Assembly (NCBI GenBank): GCA_047495785.1
Contig: JBLDXI010000013.1
Coordinates: forward strand, 372,001-436,000
Direction: 5' to 3'
From: Lepidodermella squamata
Lineage: Eukaryota > Animalia > Gastrotricha
DNA length: 64,000 nt
Made by a program: the position numbers and the translations under genes
Shown: in pieces, positions 13,183 to 25,145 of the stretch
How positions within the stretch are numbered: the stretch's first letter is position 1
How the letters are laid out: every line of letters begins with the position of its first letter
The notes under the pieces: generated by a model
The model's input: the letters and a program-made list of their open reading frames with translations, nothing else
Database searches by the model: none
What the model was told of the DNA's origin: nothing

Positions 13183-13704
13183 TCAATTGGCAAACTTGAA
13201 CGTGTCGTCGTACCGCGGCTGAGGCCTGCGGCCCTTGGTGGGAGCGCGCGCCGCTGTTGGTCGGCGGATGTGTTTCGTGTCATCGGGGAACCAAACGTAG
13301 ATGGGCTTTTTCTTGCCGTTTTTCTTCTGTTGCTGATGGGCCGACGAGCCGCCGATGAAAGCTGACACTGATCGCTTGCCGATGGGAAGTTCGTCAACGC
13401 GACGCATGCGATTCGCGAGAAGCCACTGGCCGATATCATCGCCATCGTCTTCGAGCATGAGATCGCGCCTTTTTCGCTTCAGCAACTCGTTGTCACCTTC
13501 CAGAGCATCGGCGAGCAAATCTCGAGCGCTATCATCGTCCATTTCGATCATCAAATCCCGCTTATGCCGCGATTCCTCATCCTGCGAAATAGCAATTACA
13601 GGTTATACACGTCTTAAAAACGGATAATAGCATACCTTAATCGGCGAAGCTTGGGTAACGGCTGCGAATAGCAGGGTGGCCAGTAAATAACCGAGTGAGA
13701 CCAT
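13183..13704 (-). CDS. Secreted neuropeptide/prohormone precursor, 155 aa; exons 13704-13636 and 13581-13183
   Basis: Signal peptide MVSLGYLLATLLFAAVTQA and a 54-nt intron (13635-13582). Multiple convertase sites (RHKR, KRKRR, RR, GKR, GKKK, GRR) with acidic spacers and Gly amide donors. Confidence 0.85.
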
Positions 13705-16204
13705 TTTTCAATATTCAAGATACTAGGAGCTTGTAGTAAAAATTTCTATCGAGAAGAAAAATTTCTGTTTATAATTCGAAGGGATTGCGTGGGGATGAAG
13801 GGCGCCAGATGCGCAGATGGCACGCGCGGGGGGATTATTTTTTGCAATACGGCTGAAGAGCCATTGTCGCAGATGCCGTTGGAAATTATGGCTAATAAGT
13901 GCCGATAGCGTGGGTACTTATACCCCATTTTCGACATAAACACCGTACTCGGCGTTATCTCGACAATTCAAACAGCGAATATGAGAGGAAATTCGCCGGT
14001 GCGCCGATTTATATAGCAATTCAAGTACAAAGTTCAATGCGGTGTAACACCGAAAAATTTCCGTTCACCGCAGACGTCATATGCTCGACCGAATTTAATT
14101 AAAACAAAGTGACACGTGGTGAAGCTGCTAAAATGTAATGGGGGAGTCTAACATTGTTTCAGATAAACTTACTGTGTTAATTTAGTGGGTAATTAATTCG
14201 CCGCAAGATAAAGCGCGCCGCCGCCACCGCCGCCGACATCAAGGGAACCGGCATGCAAAAAAAACACACCGGTGTGCGAGCGGTTGTACCAAACTACGAG
14301 CATTTTTTTCATCGTGGAAAAATGCACTAGATAATGATGCGTGCGCAAACCGCACCCGAACGAAGAAAACAAAAGAGCCGGTTGAAAACAAGTCTGAGGA
14401 AAGGGGATCGGTGATAAGTATGTTGTTTTGAGAGGTGTTTATGCGGGAGAAATTCGTAACAGACAAATTCATAAAGCGAGTTATCTGTCGTGCAGCTACC
14501 ACAAGTTCGGCGTAAACGAAATTCGCACCCGTCACGGGAGGGTTAACCCCGCGACGGCTTATGAGTTATTCCGTAATACCGAAACCATCTCACGTTCGCA
14601 CTTGTTCCCGTGCGTTGGGCAAATCTGGGGCGAATGAGTCAGAATTTGACCCGGCACAAAAATGGTCAGAATGAAATTAAACTAAAATACCTACTGGATT
14701 AAACTTAATTCCATGTTTTAAATACATCCGTAGCGCACAACAGCTGTTGAGGTTCCCAGAGTTTGACGCACGAAAATCAACGACAACTCCTCAACGACAA
14801 CTTAGCGAAGTAGGAGTAGGAGGGACGTGCTGTTGGCGCGCCCATCATATTAAAAAATTTGCTCGATATGCTTTCATTTCAGCCAATGTGCTGGTGCTAC
14901 AACGGAGCGTGGTGGGCGCGCGGTATCAAAATGGCTTTTCTCAATGAAAAAGATAAAACGAATTGTGGGAGCAACCTGCCTCATAGTCTCAAGAGCTACA
15001 GGCAGTATGGATGAAAGCAAACCTCTTGACTGCGTTACAAGCGCGATAAACCAACCTACATGTTGGCGATTATTCATCAGATCATTCGACAAAGATGTGA
15101 ATCACACGGTTCGAAACGGGTCAAATTCGCCGCAAAGACGATAGCTTTGGCGCGTGTGTACAAATGATACTATTTGCTAAAAACTATAGACTGGTTGGAA
15201 GAGGGAAAAAACTATATTTTTAACATCGCATTTCGTTGCGTTCAATCTAATGTGCTGAGCTGATGAAAAACTGTGATAGAAAAATAGCGAAATATTGAAC
15301 ATTTACTGTAGTTTATTCTTGTTCAACCCGTTTACAAAAAAATCTAGAAAATTTAGCTATAGCAGTAAATGCTAAAAGTTCAGGAGAAATTTTGAAATTT
15401 TGGAAAAAAATGTTAAAATTCGATAAATCTTTCCGGTCTAAATTATTAAAGCATGAATTGTGTCTCGATGCCCCTCCAAATTAAGCCGGCCTGTAACGCA
15501 TACGTGACCGGTCATCAGCACTATCAGTCGCTCCTAATGTCGATGGAAATAGGCAACAACCGGTCCCAGCGCATTTTCCTTCCGCATTAATGACAATCGA
15601 TAGCCAGCTCATCGGCCCAGCGGAAATCTTCACCGATGAGGTGAGAGCGAGAGGGCCGGTTGCAATGAACCAAAAAACCTGGTGCTATAATGGAATGACT
15701 TGACTCTGACTGGCTATTTCCCGTGCTTTTGGCTGTCAATATTGTCACCATTATTGCTGCCTTTATACCGAAAAGTGGATTGTTTCAGACTCGACCGGGG
15801 TAGCCACCGGAGTTCTTAAACACTCAAAAGCATTATAGCACCGCGGAAATAAGTTTGAAATAAAATTTCATGTTGAAAAAGGGCGACCCGGAAGATGTAC
15901 AATGAAGGTGAACTGTGGCGATGTCGGCATGCGCTTAAAGTCGTTAAAACGTTATAACAAGAAGCCAGATCTGGCGAAAATAAAACTGACATCCATTTAT
16001 CTTTTTATTGAATTACACCGAAGATAATCATAGTTCGATACGGAAGTTTCTCATGAATTTTCTGGGTCAGACTAATGATGGCTTGAAACTATAATATCAT
16101 GGTTATCTCAGGTGATGTGGGTGATGCCTGGTATTAGTCCAAGTGCGCTCAACTAATTTCAAACCTCACCAGTCATGGAACCAAGGCTTGGGCGATATTC
16201 ATAA

Positions 16205-17350
16205 TCAAAGATCTGATGTTGCATTGGCAGGTAAATTATTCCTGCTGCCATCATTATCAGCCGAATATGAAAAAGTGGGCGAAAAAACAGTCGCAGGTTG
16301 ATACATGTCGACCGGGGGCTTATCAGTAAATTGCACGAGATCATTGTCCAGGTTCATGGAACAATGCGACGGTTGGCTGTTCGCGTATAAATCTGCTTCA
16401 TTAGAAAAGCTTCTGCTGTTGTTCTTTGCCTCTTTATGACTGACTGATCCCAGCAAGCTAGCCATGAAGCTGTCACTTCTTATCGGACGGGCCGTAGGCA
16501 AATTTCGGGCAAACTTAGGCAAAAATTGAGGCCGATCAACGTGCGGATTCAGTAGAATGCTCGAATAATTCGACATCGGCAAGCAGTTCATGCGACGATG
16601 TCGTGGAACTGATGAAGATTTTATAGGATAACGAGACGAAGCGGTAGGGTTGGCCTGCCGATGAGAACTGTTATTGCGGTAACCTATGCCAAGAGAATTC
16701 CAAGGCGACGGACGGGTCTCAGGAAGACCTTTCCGCGGATATCTTGGTTGATCATCTCCATCAAACGTGCCGTAATTTAAATTTTCAGCTATCATGAAAT
16801 GTCCAACGTCCTCTCGGCTGCGAACACAGAAGCAATCGGCACATTTCCACAACACACCGATTAGAAGTGACAGTAATACGATCAGCAAGCAGCCGTAGCC
16901 AAAAATTTTCGACGGTGTTAAGTATCCCTCGACCAATAGAGACATCTGCAAATTAACAGGAGAAGTTAAGACATCTTACATCCTTATTCTCCCGTTATCA
17001 GGTTCTTTTCAAAAATGTAAAAATAAAAGAGTTTACATTAGTAGAAGATTCCACCATAAGACCATCCTCGCCTTTTGAGCCTTGCATTTTCAACGTCGGC
17101 CAGTATAGAGAAATGGCGCCGTCGACCACCGAAGGATGAAGACCGTTGAAGAAACTATCAGGTGGATGCACGCTCGGGGCATCTTTTGTTGAGTTGGTTT
17201 CGTAAGCCTGCCTCAAGGCTGATAACAGCTTCGCCAATACGGCCCGCTCGTCTTCTGATACTACAAGGCTATCCATATGAAAACAGAAAATGCACTAGTA
17301 ATATATCGCTCGCAAAAATTGCAAAAATTTACTGCCGCAATGTGCATCAT
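16205..17350 (-). CDS. Orphan single-pass membrane protein A (WKxxDxxC family); 5' end uncertain
   Basis: ORFs 16998-17276 and 16205-16951 join in phase 0 via intron 17036-16946. TM IFGYGCLLIVLLSLLIGVL is followed by WKCADCFC and a long disordered tail. The start at 17350 assumes a 38-nt intron and is tentative. Confidence 0.65.
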
Positions 17351-18343
17351 TTTTTAGATCTCTGAATTGATTTTTTTGAGATTGCGATCGATAGCTTAAC
17401 CGATCGGAAAATTGTAAGCAATATTCTCTGATATAATGACATGCAGATTTTTCGCACCATTGCAGATAAAAAATTACCATGTCTCAATGATGCGTCCTCA
17501 TTTCATTGATGGGGGGATTCAATATGATGCTGGTCAGCCGGCTAGGTGAGCATGTATCGTGTTTCGTAATTTCGCACAATTTTTACTGCACAGAGCTGTC
17601 AATCACAGCACGTGGTTTTTCCGCTCAGCGACTTGCCGTCGCACTACAGCCTGACAGTCACCTGTAAACTCTGATTGATCGCAATATAATTTTCTGCTTA
17701 TATAATTTTCCATAATTTTCGATTATTAGAGCTGTTTGTCGCACGTGAATTAGTGAATTATTGGGAGAACCGGTGCTTCGCCTGTGTTTTGCAGCATTCT
17801 CGCTCCGGCTGATAGACGTATCTGGCGGGTTTCGCATTATTCCATGTCGGTTTTTGTATAGCGGACTTTATGTACGTAATTAGTAATTACTGGCAAATGT
17901 CAGTTGAAGAACAAAAGGTGAGTTTTTCAGGAATAGAATTTTCAATAATCTATTTTACTGTACTGCGTTTCGTAGGATTCAGTGAATTTTTAGCAATTGG
18001 CCAAAATTAAGTTCCAAATTAAGTTTTCGATTCGTCTTCACCAAGGGTAGTTTTGCCAAGGCAGTCGATCAGCGACAAGTACATCCTTTACTTGGGTTCA
18101 CGGCTAGAGAAGAAATTTCTAATTTTTCAGCTGATAGAATCAAAGCTAATTTGTTGGCAAGGGCGGATTTGTTCTCCATAAACCGATTTTCCTCCCGCGC
18201 CTAAGAAACCAGAATTGTCTAGGAAATTTGCATTTTTCAATTAATTTGCATTTCTTTCCTCTTAGATTTTAGTTTATTTGATCATTGATTGACACCCAAA
18301 TTGCTTGTCTTTCGAGTTTTTTTGGCAGCAGAGCGGAAGAAAG

Positions 18344-20331
18344 ATGTCAGCCCCCAATGATGTAGGGCTGATATTTCGCATTCTGCTCACTGCAATACAT
18401 TTTTGTTTCAACTGGGCCCGAATAACTTCGCCTGCGCCGATCAACCGCTCAAAAAGAAATACACTACCCGTTGCACCCAAGCAGTTAAAGACGGCGGGTG
18501 ACAACCACAGGGCGACCTTAACCACGACGGCTGTAAATTTGACACCGGTCGGTTCTACGACGGACTACGACAGCTACAGCGGGGAAGAAGATTACGAGGA
18601 CGAAGAGGACGAGGCGAGCGGATCGGGGTCCATGGCTGCCGACCTCATTGATGATCCCACCGTAATGAGTGCCGTAAGTCATTTTTATCACTTGGCAATT
18701 CGATTTATTATATGCTGGCCTTTAAATATATAATATGGATTTGGTTCATTCTTTTGTATGTACTTCTTTTGTCCTTCTAGATGATGAACGAAACAGCGTA
18801 CGACCCCTACTATCAAACTACGGTTGATGATGTGAGTAAATATTTCTGGAGCTTATTTTGCTTGATGGATGCTTATCTACCTGTCAACCCGCAATTTTGT
18901 AGAATTTCTCAGATCTTGTTTTTTCAATGGCTGGTCATTATTGAAGGATCCTGGAATTCGAAATGACAGTTAGCCCCAGAAAGCCTCAAAGAGACATCAC
19001 ACAGTGGAAATTTGAGCGTTAAAGTGGGGGCCTAGGCTATTTACATGTTGGATTTGCTGAGGTCAAGCCGGAATGTTTCTGGTGGCTGGTGCTGTGGAAT
19101 ACATGTAAAAACATTGCGTAATTTAGATTTATAGCGCGATAGCAGTCCAAGTTACTTTTATACAAAAATAACTGTAGCTAGCTCGAATAGAGCAATTTTT
19201 TTAATTTTTCAATTTTCGTCATTTTTTTTAGATTTTTATCACATTTATTTTTTGGGAGAAATTAACCTGTATTTATCCTCGCCCATATTATACCGTTGCA
19301 TGCATTCGGACAGAGATGGAGGAGAGAGGAATTTTTAAGACGGCCACGAAGAAGTTATCCATGTAGAGTTCTTTATCGCATGCAATTTTCACTTAAACTA
19401 TTTTTCCAATATATTTTTCATCTTTCAGGATTCTGCTCACCCTGGCAGAATAATCATGCACGCCAGTTTGTTGATCGTCGGCTTCTCAATCATCATCGCC
19501 ATTTTCTTCAAGGTGGTCGACTACATATGCACGCAGCGCGAGGCGATAGCTTACCAAAACAGTGTCAAACGAAAAGCCGCCATTAGTAAATTCGTCAACC
19601 GAAATTCCCCATCTGTGAACAAGGCGCGGTATTCATCGCAAACGCGCGGGGAGATTTTGCGCAAAAATCGCCGCCGAGCCTACGACGCAGACCTGCAAAA
19701 AACCATCCATCGCCGAGGCGATAATGATCGGCTTATGAACAACCAAGAGGCAACACTGTCGCCGTCTTTTCTTAGCATTGATCAGTACCTGGGCGAAGCA
19801 AGTGCCGGTGGGCGACCAAGCATCGGTAGCGACGGTTTGACGCCGCCGCCGAGGATTGAACCGGTTTGGCACCGATTGCTGGCTACTTCGAACATTATGC
19901 GCCAAACTGCTGTCAGACTTGCGACAGACGACAAAACAGCACCGTTACGTCAGCACCCAGCATCGACAGAAGGTGGTATATCGCTAGCGCCGGCACCAGC
20001 CGAGGGCGATTCACCGTGGGAAATTCACAACGTTCGTCACGCGGATGGGTCATCAGAATGCGCGCCCTCTTCGTCCGAGAACGAACTGGGCTCTATTTTT
20101 AGCGGCAAGCTACATCGATGGGTGGGCACTTCGAGCCATCGGCAGTCGTTGAAGCAAAGCCACGAGGCCCCAGTTTTCATCCCTATCGATGATAGCAGGC
20201 CAATTATTAGCAGTAGTGGCGTCGCTTCCGGCAGTACGGAAACGTTGGAACCGGCTCTTTTACCGACTGCGAGCAACCATGAAAACTCGTCAAATTATAC
20301 GCCTCGAACGCCGAGGGTGACGAGACTTTAG
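18344..20331 (+). CDS. Orphan type I membrane protein B, proteoglycan-like (WKxxDxxC family); exons 18344-18673, 18781-18831, 19429-20331
   Basis: Signal-peptide-like start, RSKR furin site, Thr-rich stretch and acidic Ser-Gly cluster YSGEEDYEDEEDEASGSGS. Both introns are phase-0 GT-AG. TM ASLLIVGFSIIIAIF is followed by FKVVDYIC and a disordered tail ending VTRL. An extra internal exon is possible. Confidence 0.72.
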
Positions 20332-20775
20332 CGAACTAACATTAGGGCTTTCCAATTTATCACTAATTATGATATGAAATAAAAATCTCATTGCCGCTGA
20401 ACATGAGGAACACTTCATTTCCTTTCTTTACTCGGAATTTCTTAAAAGGCAAGTGGGCTGTGAACGGAAATTACGCTGCAGAAAACAAAGATGTTCACTT
20501 TTTGAACATTTCTTCTCCCTCGCGAGCAGTTTAAAACAACTTCCGGCCTTGTTTTCAGTAGAATGAAAAGCATGTTTGTCGAGAGAGGGCGGACGGCCAT
20601 TTCTCCGATCAACGCGCGACACGCAACGCGAAAATACTTTCGTCCCACTTTTTCGCTGTCAAACATATATACCTGCATGATTAGCTTGTTTATCGGAGAC
20701 TTCTCACGCAAAAATGCTTGAAGCGCGCTGCGCCTAGCCATCGCTCCGTTTATCACCGAATTCATTAGCGAAGAA

Positions 20776-21843
20776 ATGAATCGAATTATTATAGTCGCAT
20801 TATTTGCAGCGATAGGAGCGGCTAATGGAAGAGGCACGTGGCGTCCGAGCAACCAGCCAAGGGTAGTCAAGCTTCAACCGCGGTTCAACTCATCGCCTAG
20901 AATCGTAACTGTTTTCAGCAACAACAAAACGTTCACGTACCCTCCTCCGTGGGGTTATGACCTTAGCAATGGCCCTCAAAATTGGCAGAGCAAATATCCG
21001 AGCGGTTACGGGTTTGAACAATCGCCAGTAAATATCGTCGTTCGGAGCGCGTCTGTCGGTTACGATCGGCGTCTACTGCCGATCAAAGTCTTTTTCAACC
21101 GACCGATACAACATTACTTTATCAAAAATACCGGACATGGGTTCTCGGTCGAGCTCAGTAACTACAGCGACGCGTGTAAGTTCATGGGAAAACCTAGCCA
21201 ATCAGCTGTAAATTTTTATTTTTTAGTTGTTACCAACGGGCCGTTGACAGATCGTTATTTTCTCAATCGAATCGACTTTCATTGGGGAGTTGATGATGAA
21301 GCTGGAAGCGAACATCGCATTAACGGGCGCGCTTTCTCTGGCGAAATACAGCTAGTCCACTTCAACAAAGCTAGATACGCGACCTACGAACAAGCTTCGA
21401 AATTTGCCGACGGCCTTGCTATTGTTTCAGTTTTCCTAAAGGTAAGGAGTTTTAACAGGAAAAGTATAATATCTAACGAAACTTTTTCTCGGAAGGTTGG
21501 GGATGCGAAAAGCCGAGCGTTTGATACCATTGTAAGCATGTTGCAGCATATACCCAAAGTCGGGCAACAAGTGAAACCAACAGAGCTAATTTATCTAGCA
21601 GATTTAATTCCACGTGACACCGAACTGCACTACTGGATGTACTACGGCTCGCTAACTCAACCGCCGCTTACTGAAAGCGTTATTTGGATAGTGCTCCGCC
21701 AGCCGATCAGCATTCAGCCTCATCAGCTGCGTTACTTCCGCAATATTTGCCCATCAAATGTTCGCAACCCGCAGCCGCTCAACGACCGAGTTATTCGCGC
21801 TACTTTTCGCAAAGACGACGTCAAATCTTACAACCAACAATAG
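20776..21843 (+). CDS. Secreted alpha-carbonic anhydrase-related protein (two zinc-ligand His replaced)
   Basis: Signal peptide, WGY..GP..W, QSPVNI, NTGH, GSEH, DGLAIVSVFL, YYGSLTQPPLTESVIW and NVRNPQPLNDR. Zinc motifs read DFH (His94-equivalent is Asp) and EIQLVH (His119-equivalent is Gln). Two stop-free in-frame introns: 21176-21226 and 21442-21495. Confidence 0.93.
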   Translation: MNRIIIVALFAAIGAANGRGTWRPSNQPRVVKLQPRFNSSPRIVTVFSNNKTFTYPPPWGYDLSNGPQNWQSKYPSGYGFEQSPVNIVVRSASVGYDRRLLPIKVFFNRPIQHYFIKNTGHGFSVELSNYSDACKFMGKPSQSAVNFYFLVVTNGPLTDRYFLNRIDFHWGVDDEAGSEHRINGRAFSGEIQLVHFNKARYATYEQASKFADGLAIVSVFLKVRSFNRKSIISNETFSRKVGDAKSRAFDTIVSMLQHIPKVGQQVKPTELIYLADLIPRDTELHYWMYYGSLTQPPLTESVIWIVLRQPISIQPHQLRYFRNICPSNVRNPQPLNDRVIRATFRKDDVKSYNQQ

Positions 21844-21917
21844 TTTATTTTCTAGTAATCAATATAAGTCAATCATCATAAAATAAGTTCATAAAATAAA
21901 ATAAAATTCTTTGCTCA

Positions 21918-24504
21918 TCAGGATGTTGAATTCATCGTAGATGTTATGATGGAAACGGGCGTTGTCGTTTGGTTAATGATTGTTGAGTATGTCGTTATGT
22001 TTGGGTCTTGCAGCGGCTGGTAGTCAAGAACTGTCAGCCGCAGGGCGATGCTTATCATAAGAACGCCTAGGCAAATAAAAAATGCGAAAATTCGCTTCGT
22101 AATCAGCCAAATGATGCCGCGCCGGGTTAGGCCCCAAGCGTCCGACGGCGTCTCCATGTAGTCGCGAATCCGCTCGCCGACTTTATTCTTGTAAACCACC
22201 GTCCCGTCGTCGCTTTTGTTCTTGCCCTGGCCGCTCAGCAGGCCTGTTGTTTCGTCGGCCTCGACGCCGACTGAAGCCGCTGATCGGTACGAAGCTTCGG
22301 CAAACGACGACTCCATCTCATCGCCGCCGTTTCGCTCGTTCACTGCAATGTCGCGCGGCCGACCCAGGCTGTTTTCGCCTCTCGCCCCGGTTTGCGACAG
22401 CAACTGGTTGCGCACCATTGTCGAGCGTAAACTGTTCCGCCGACTGCGGCCTTTCGCTGCCGTTGGGTTATCGCTGAGGACAGCCCACGGCTTTCGGCGA
22501 CCGGTGAAGCTGGACAAAATTGCTTCGGCCTTCGATTGCGTTGTCTGCTCCACTTCATCATCTTCGTTGTCAATGTTACATCGCTCAGCAGCCTGAAAAG
22601 TTACCGTGAATTAGATGGGGAAAATCCAATTATGAAAGGCACTTACCAGCTCGGCTTGTTTCTTCCAGTTCGTGGTTAAAATCAAAATGAAATAAATGAC
22701 CGAGTTGATTGATAGAGCCCCGAAAAGCGCGTACCACAAGGCTGGAATTAGGAAAATATCTCGTAGAAAATACAGGTCGGAAAAACCGAGGCTTACGGTC
22801 AATAACTCCGAACTCGAGCATTAACGGTATGCCAACCGGTAGAGCTACGCAGTAGTAGCCGAAAATGTTGATGATGGAGCCGGCAAGTTGGCGACCACAG
22901 CCACGGACAATGCCGCCGCTGGTCGCTGAGATCGCGTCGGAAAACGCGTACAGTCCTAGAATCGGGAGCAAATTCGAGGTAATTTTAACGACTTCGGCAT
23001 CTTCCGTAAATGCGAGAGGGATGACAGTTCGAAGGGCGCCGAGGAAAACGCAAATGACTGTAGCCATAACTAATGTGACGAGTAGGCAAAGAATCGCCGA
23101 CTTCTTCGCCATTACATGGTCTCCACGTCCCAAATGCTGACCGATTCTGATGGACGAAGCAGACCCGAAGCCGATCGTTAACTATTTTCCGATTTTAAAT
23201 CCAATTCACTTTGCTAATTAGAATAAAAATATTATGTATTACCATGTCTGTTATTGTTTGGATCTGAAACAAAACAGATTGGGATGATTGCTGAATTACA
23301 CTGACGAGGCCGGAGAGAAAGACGCCGACTTCAATGGTCCACGATTCGACGCAAATCATGATTAGGCTAGGCAGAGCTAGCGTCATGAAGGCGCCCCATT
23401 CGAATAGTGAATGTCGCCCCCAGCCAGTCCATTCCCTGTCGTAAACTTTCCAGATCAGCACGTAGCCGATCGACATGCCTCCCATGACGTCGAATGAAAT
23501 CGCTTGTGCATATGCCGAACCTAATGTAGAAAATTCCATGTCCACGCGGTCAAACTTTTAACATCAAAATCGTCTACCGCCAAAGCCAAGATCGGCTTCA
23601 TTTATCAATATATAGTGCAGCAAAGCATTAAGGCCATTTCCGATGGCACCTATTATGATTGTCGGGTACAAGATATCCTGTGATACATCCAATCATTAGT
23701 AAGGCATAAATAGACTTTTCGTGCTCTTGTTCAAACCTGGTTTTGAAGATATTTTGATATCAAAATGAAGGCGAAGCAACCCTAGTAAAAATTATTGCAA
23801 TCACTCAGTTTTTAGGTGCCGTAAGCCTTACGGGAAGGCCGAACAAAAACTTGGTCAGGTATTCGGCAGCAACGCTATAATAATTACAAAAATTCAACCA
23901 CCCGGAAAAACAGCGAGCAAAAATTGCTTACTCAGAGACGTAAGGATCTTGGGCAATAAGTAGCAGGAAGGCGTGAGAATTTATCATAAAAGCCCAGCAA
24001 GGAAGGATCGAAAGACTGACGATTAGAGCGCCTATTAATAATTGATCTATAAAAATAGATGATGGGTTAGGTATAACGACTGACTTCTCTGCAGGTATAT
24101 CCCCATTTGGTAGAAATTTCCCGAGCCGTAAGTTTGCGAGAAAAACGTATCACATGCAGCTGTGAGGCCCGTAACGATGCTGATACCGCCAATATTTATC
24201 AACTAAACAATTGGGATAGAAATATTGCCAAAATTATGATTGGAATCGGAATAATAATAATACCGATCCTGCTATCGAGACCCCGTCTAGAATTGTTGTT
24301 CCCAGGTGTCCGCAAAAAACCAGGGAAATCGGGGTCAAAAGGTATGACCACAGCGAGGCCATAATCTATTATTAAAAATCAACAATCATTTGACTTCAGA
24401 GCTAGATTGTAACATGACAATACCAGTGGCCAGGCCACGTGAAGGATTTCTTTCAACTCTTGTTTGACATCCGGGGTCCAATGCTTCGTTATAAATTCGA
24501 ACAT
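21918..24504 (-). CDS. Multidrug and toxin extrusion (MATE, SLC47A-like) transporter, many small exons
   Basis: ELKEILHVAWPL start, LALPSLIMICVESW, GIVRGCGRQ..G..INIFGYY.VALPVG and NWKKQAEL. An extra C-terminal TM helix (RIFAFFICLGVLMISIALRLTV) matches the animal MATE1 architecture. Confidence 0.92.
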
Positions 24505-25145
24505 CCACGAAAGTCTCGTATTTTGTTATTCCTTGTTTGAAATTGAAATTTATAGCGCTGAATACTTCAAATAACTGTGATAGTGTTAGTGGTACATTGC
24601 AACAACCTCAAATTTTTCTTATATAACCGAGAAACAAAAATGCGTTGATGTGCTGCAAAAATGACGAAAAGAATGGACGGTTGGGCCTAATCAAATACCC
24701 GGAAATAATTTTGTCACAGAGCGCAAGACAAGATAACCTTTTATCTCGCAACTTGCCATACAGCATTTAGCCTATATTTGATAAGAAAAGTGCAGCAAGG
24801 CGAGTCACGTGGTAGTCGTGAATTCATTTTATTGTACTTTTTCACTCTTAAGAATGACAATTGTCAAAGCAGTTTCAAATATAGCCTCGCCAAGAGTAAC
24901 GAGTAAATAGATGTAACATTTGTCTCTGGCCTGGTCAGTCAAGAAAAATCTTTAGATAATTGAGATCAACAGAGGTGGCAAGACACGTGCTATCATATAA
25001 GTATATAATAATCTAAATCCTTCAAATTTGCGTCATCGGAAATTGTTTTGTCGTCAAAGTTTATCAAAATGAGATTTAATCACATGATAATGGTATCTAA
25101 AACTAAAATTGAGATCAAGCTTCACAATAGATGTCGACAATACAG

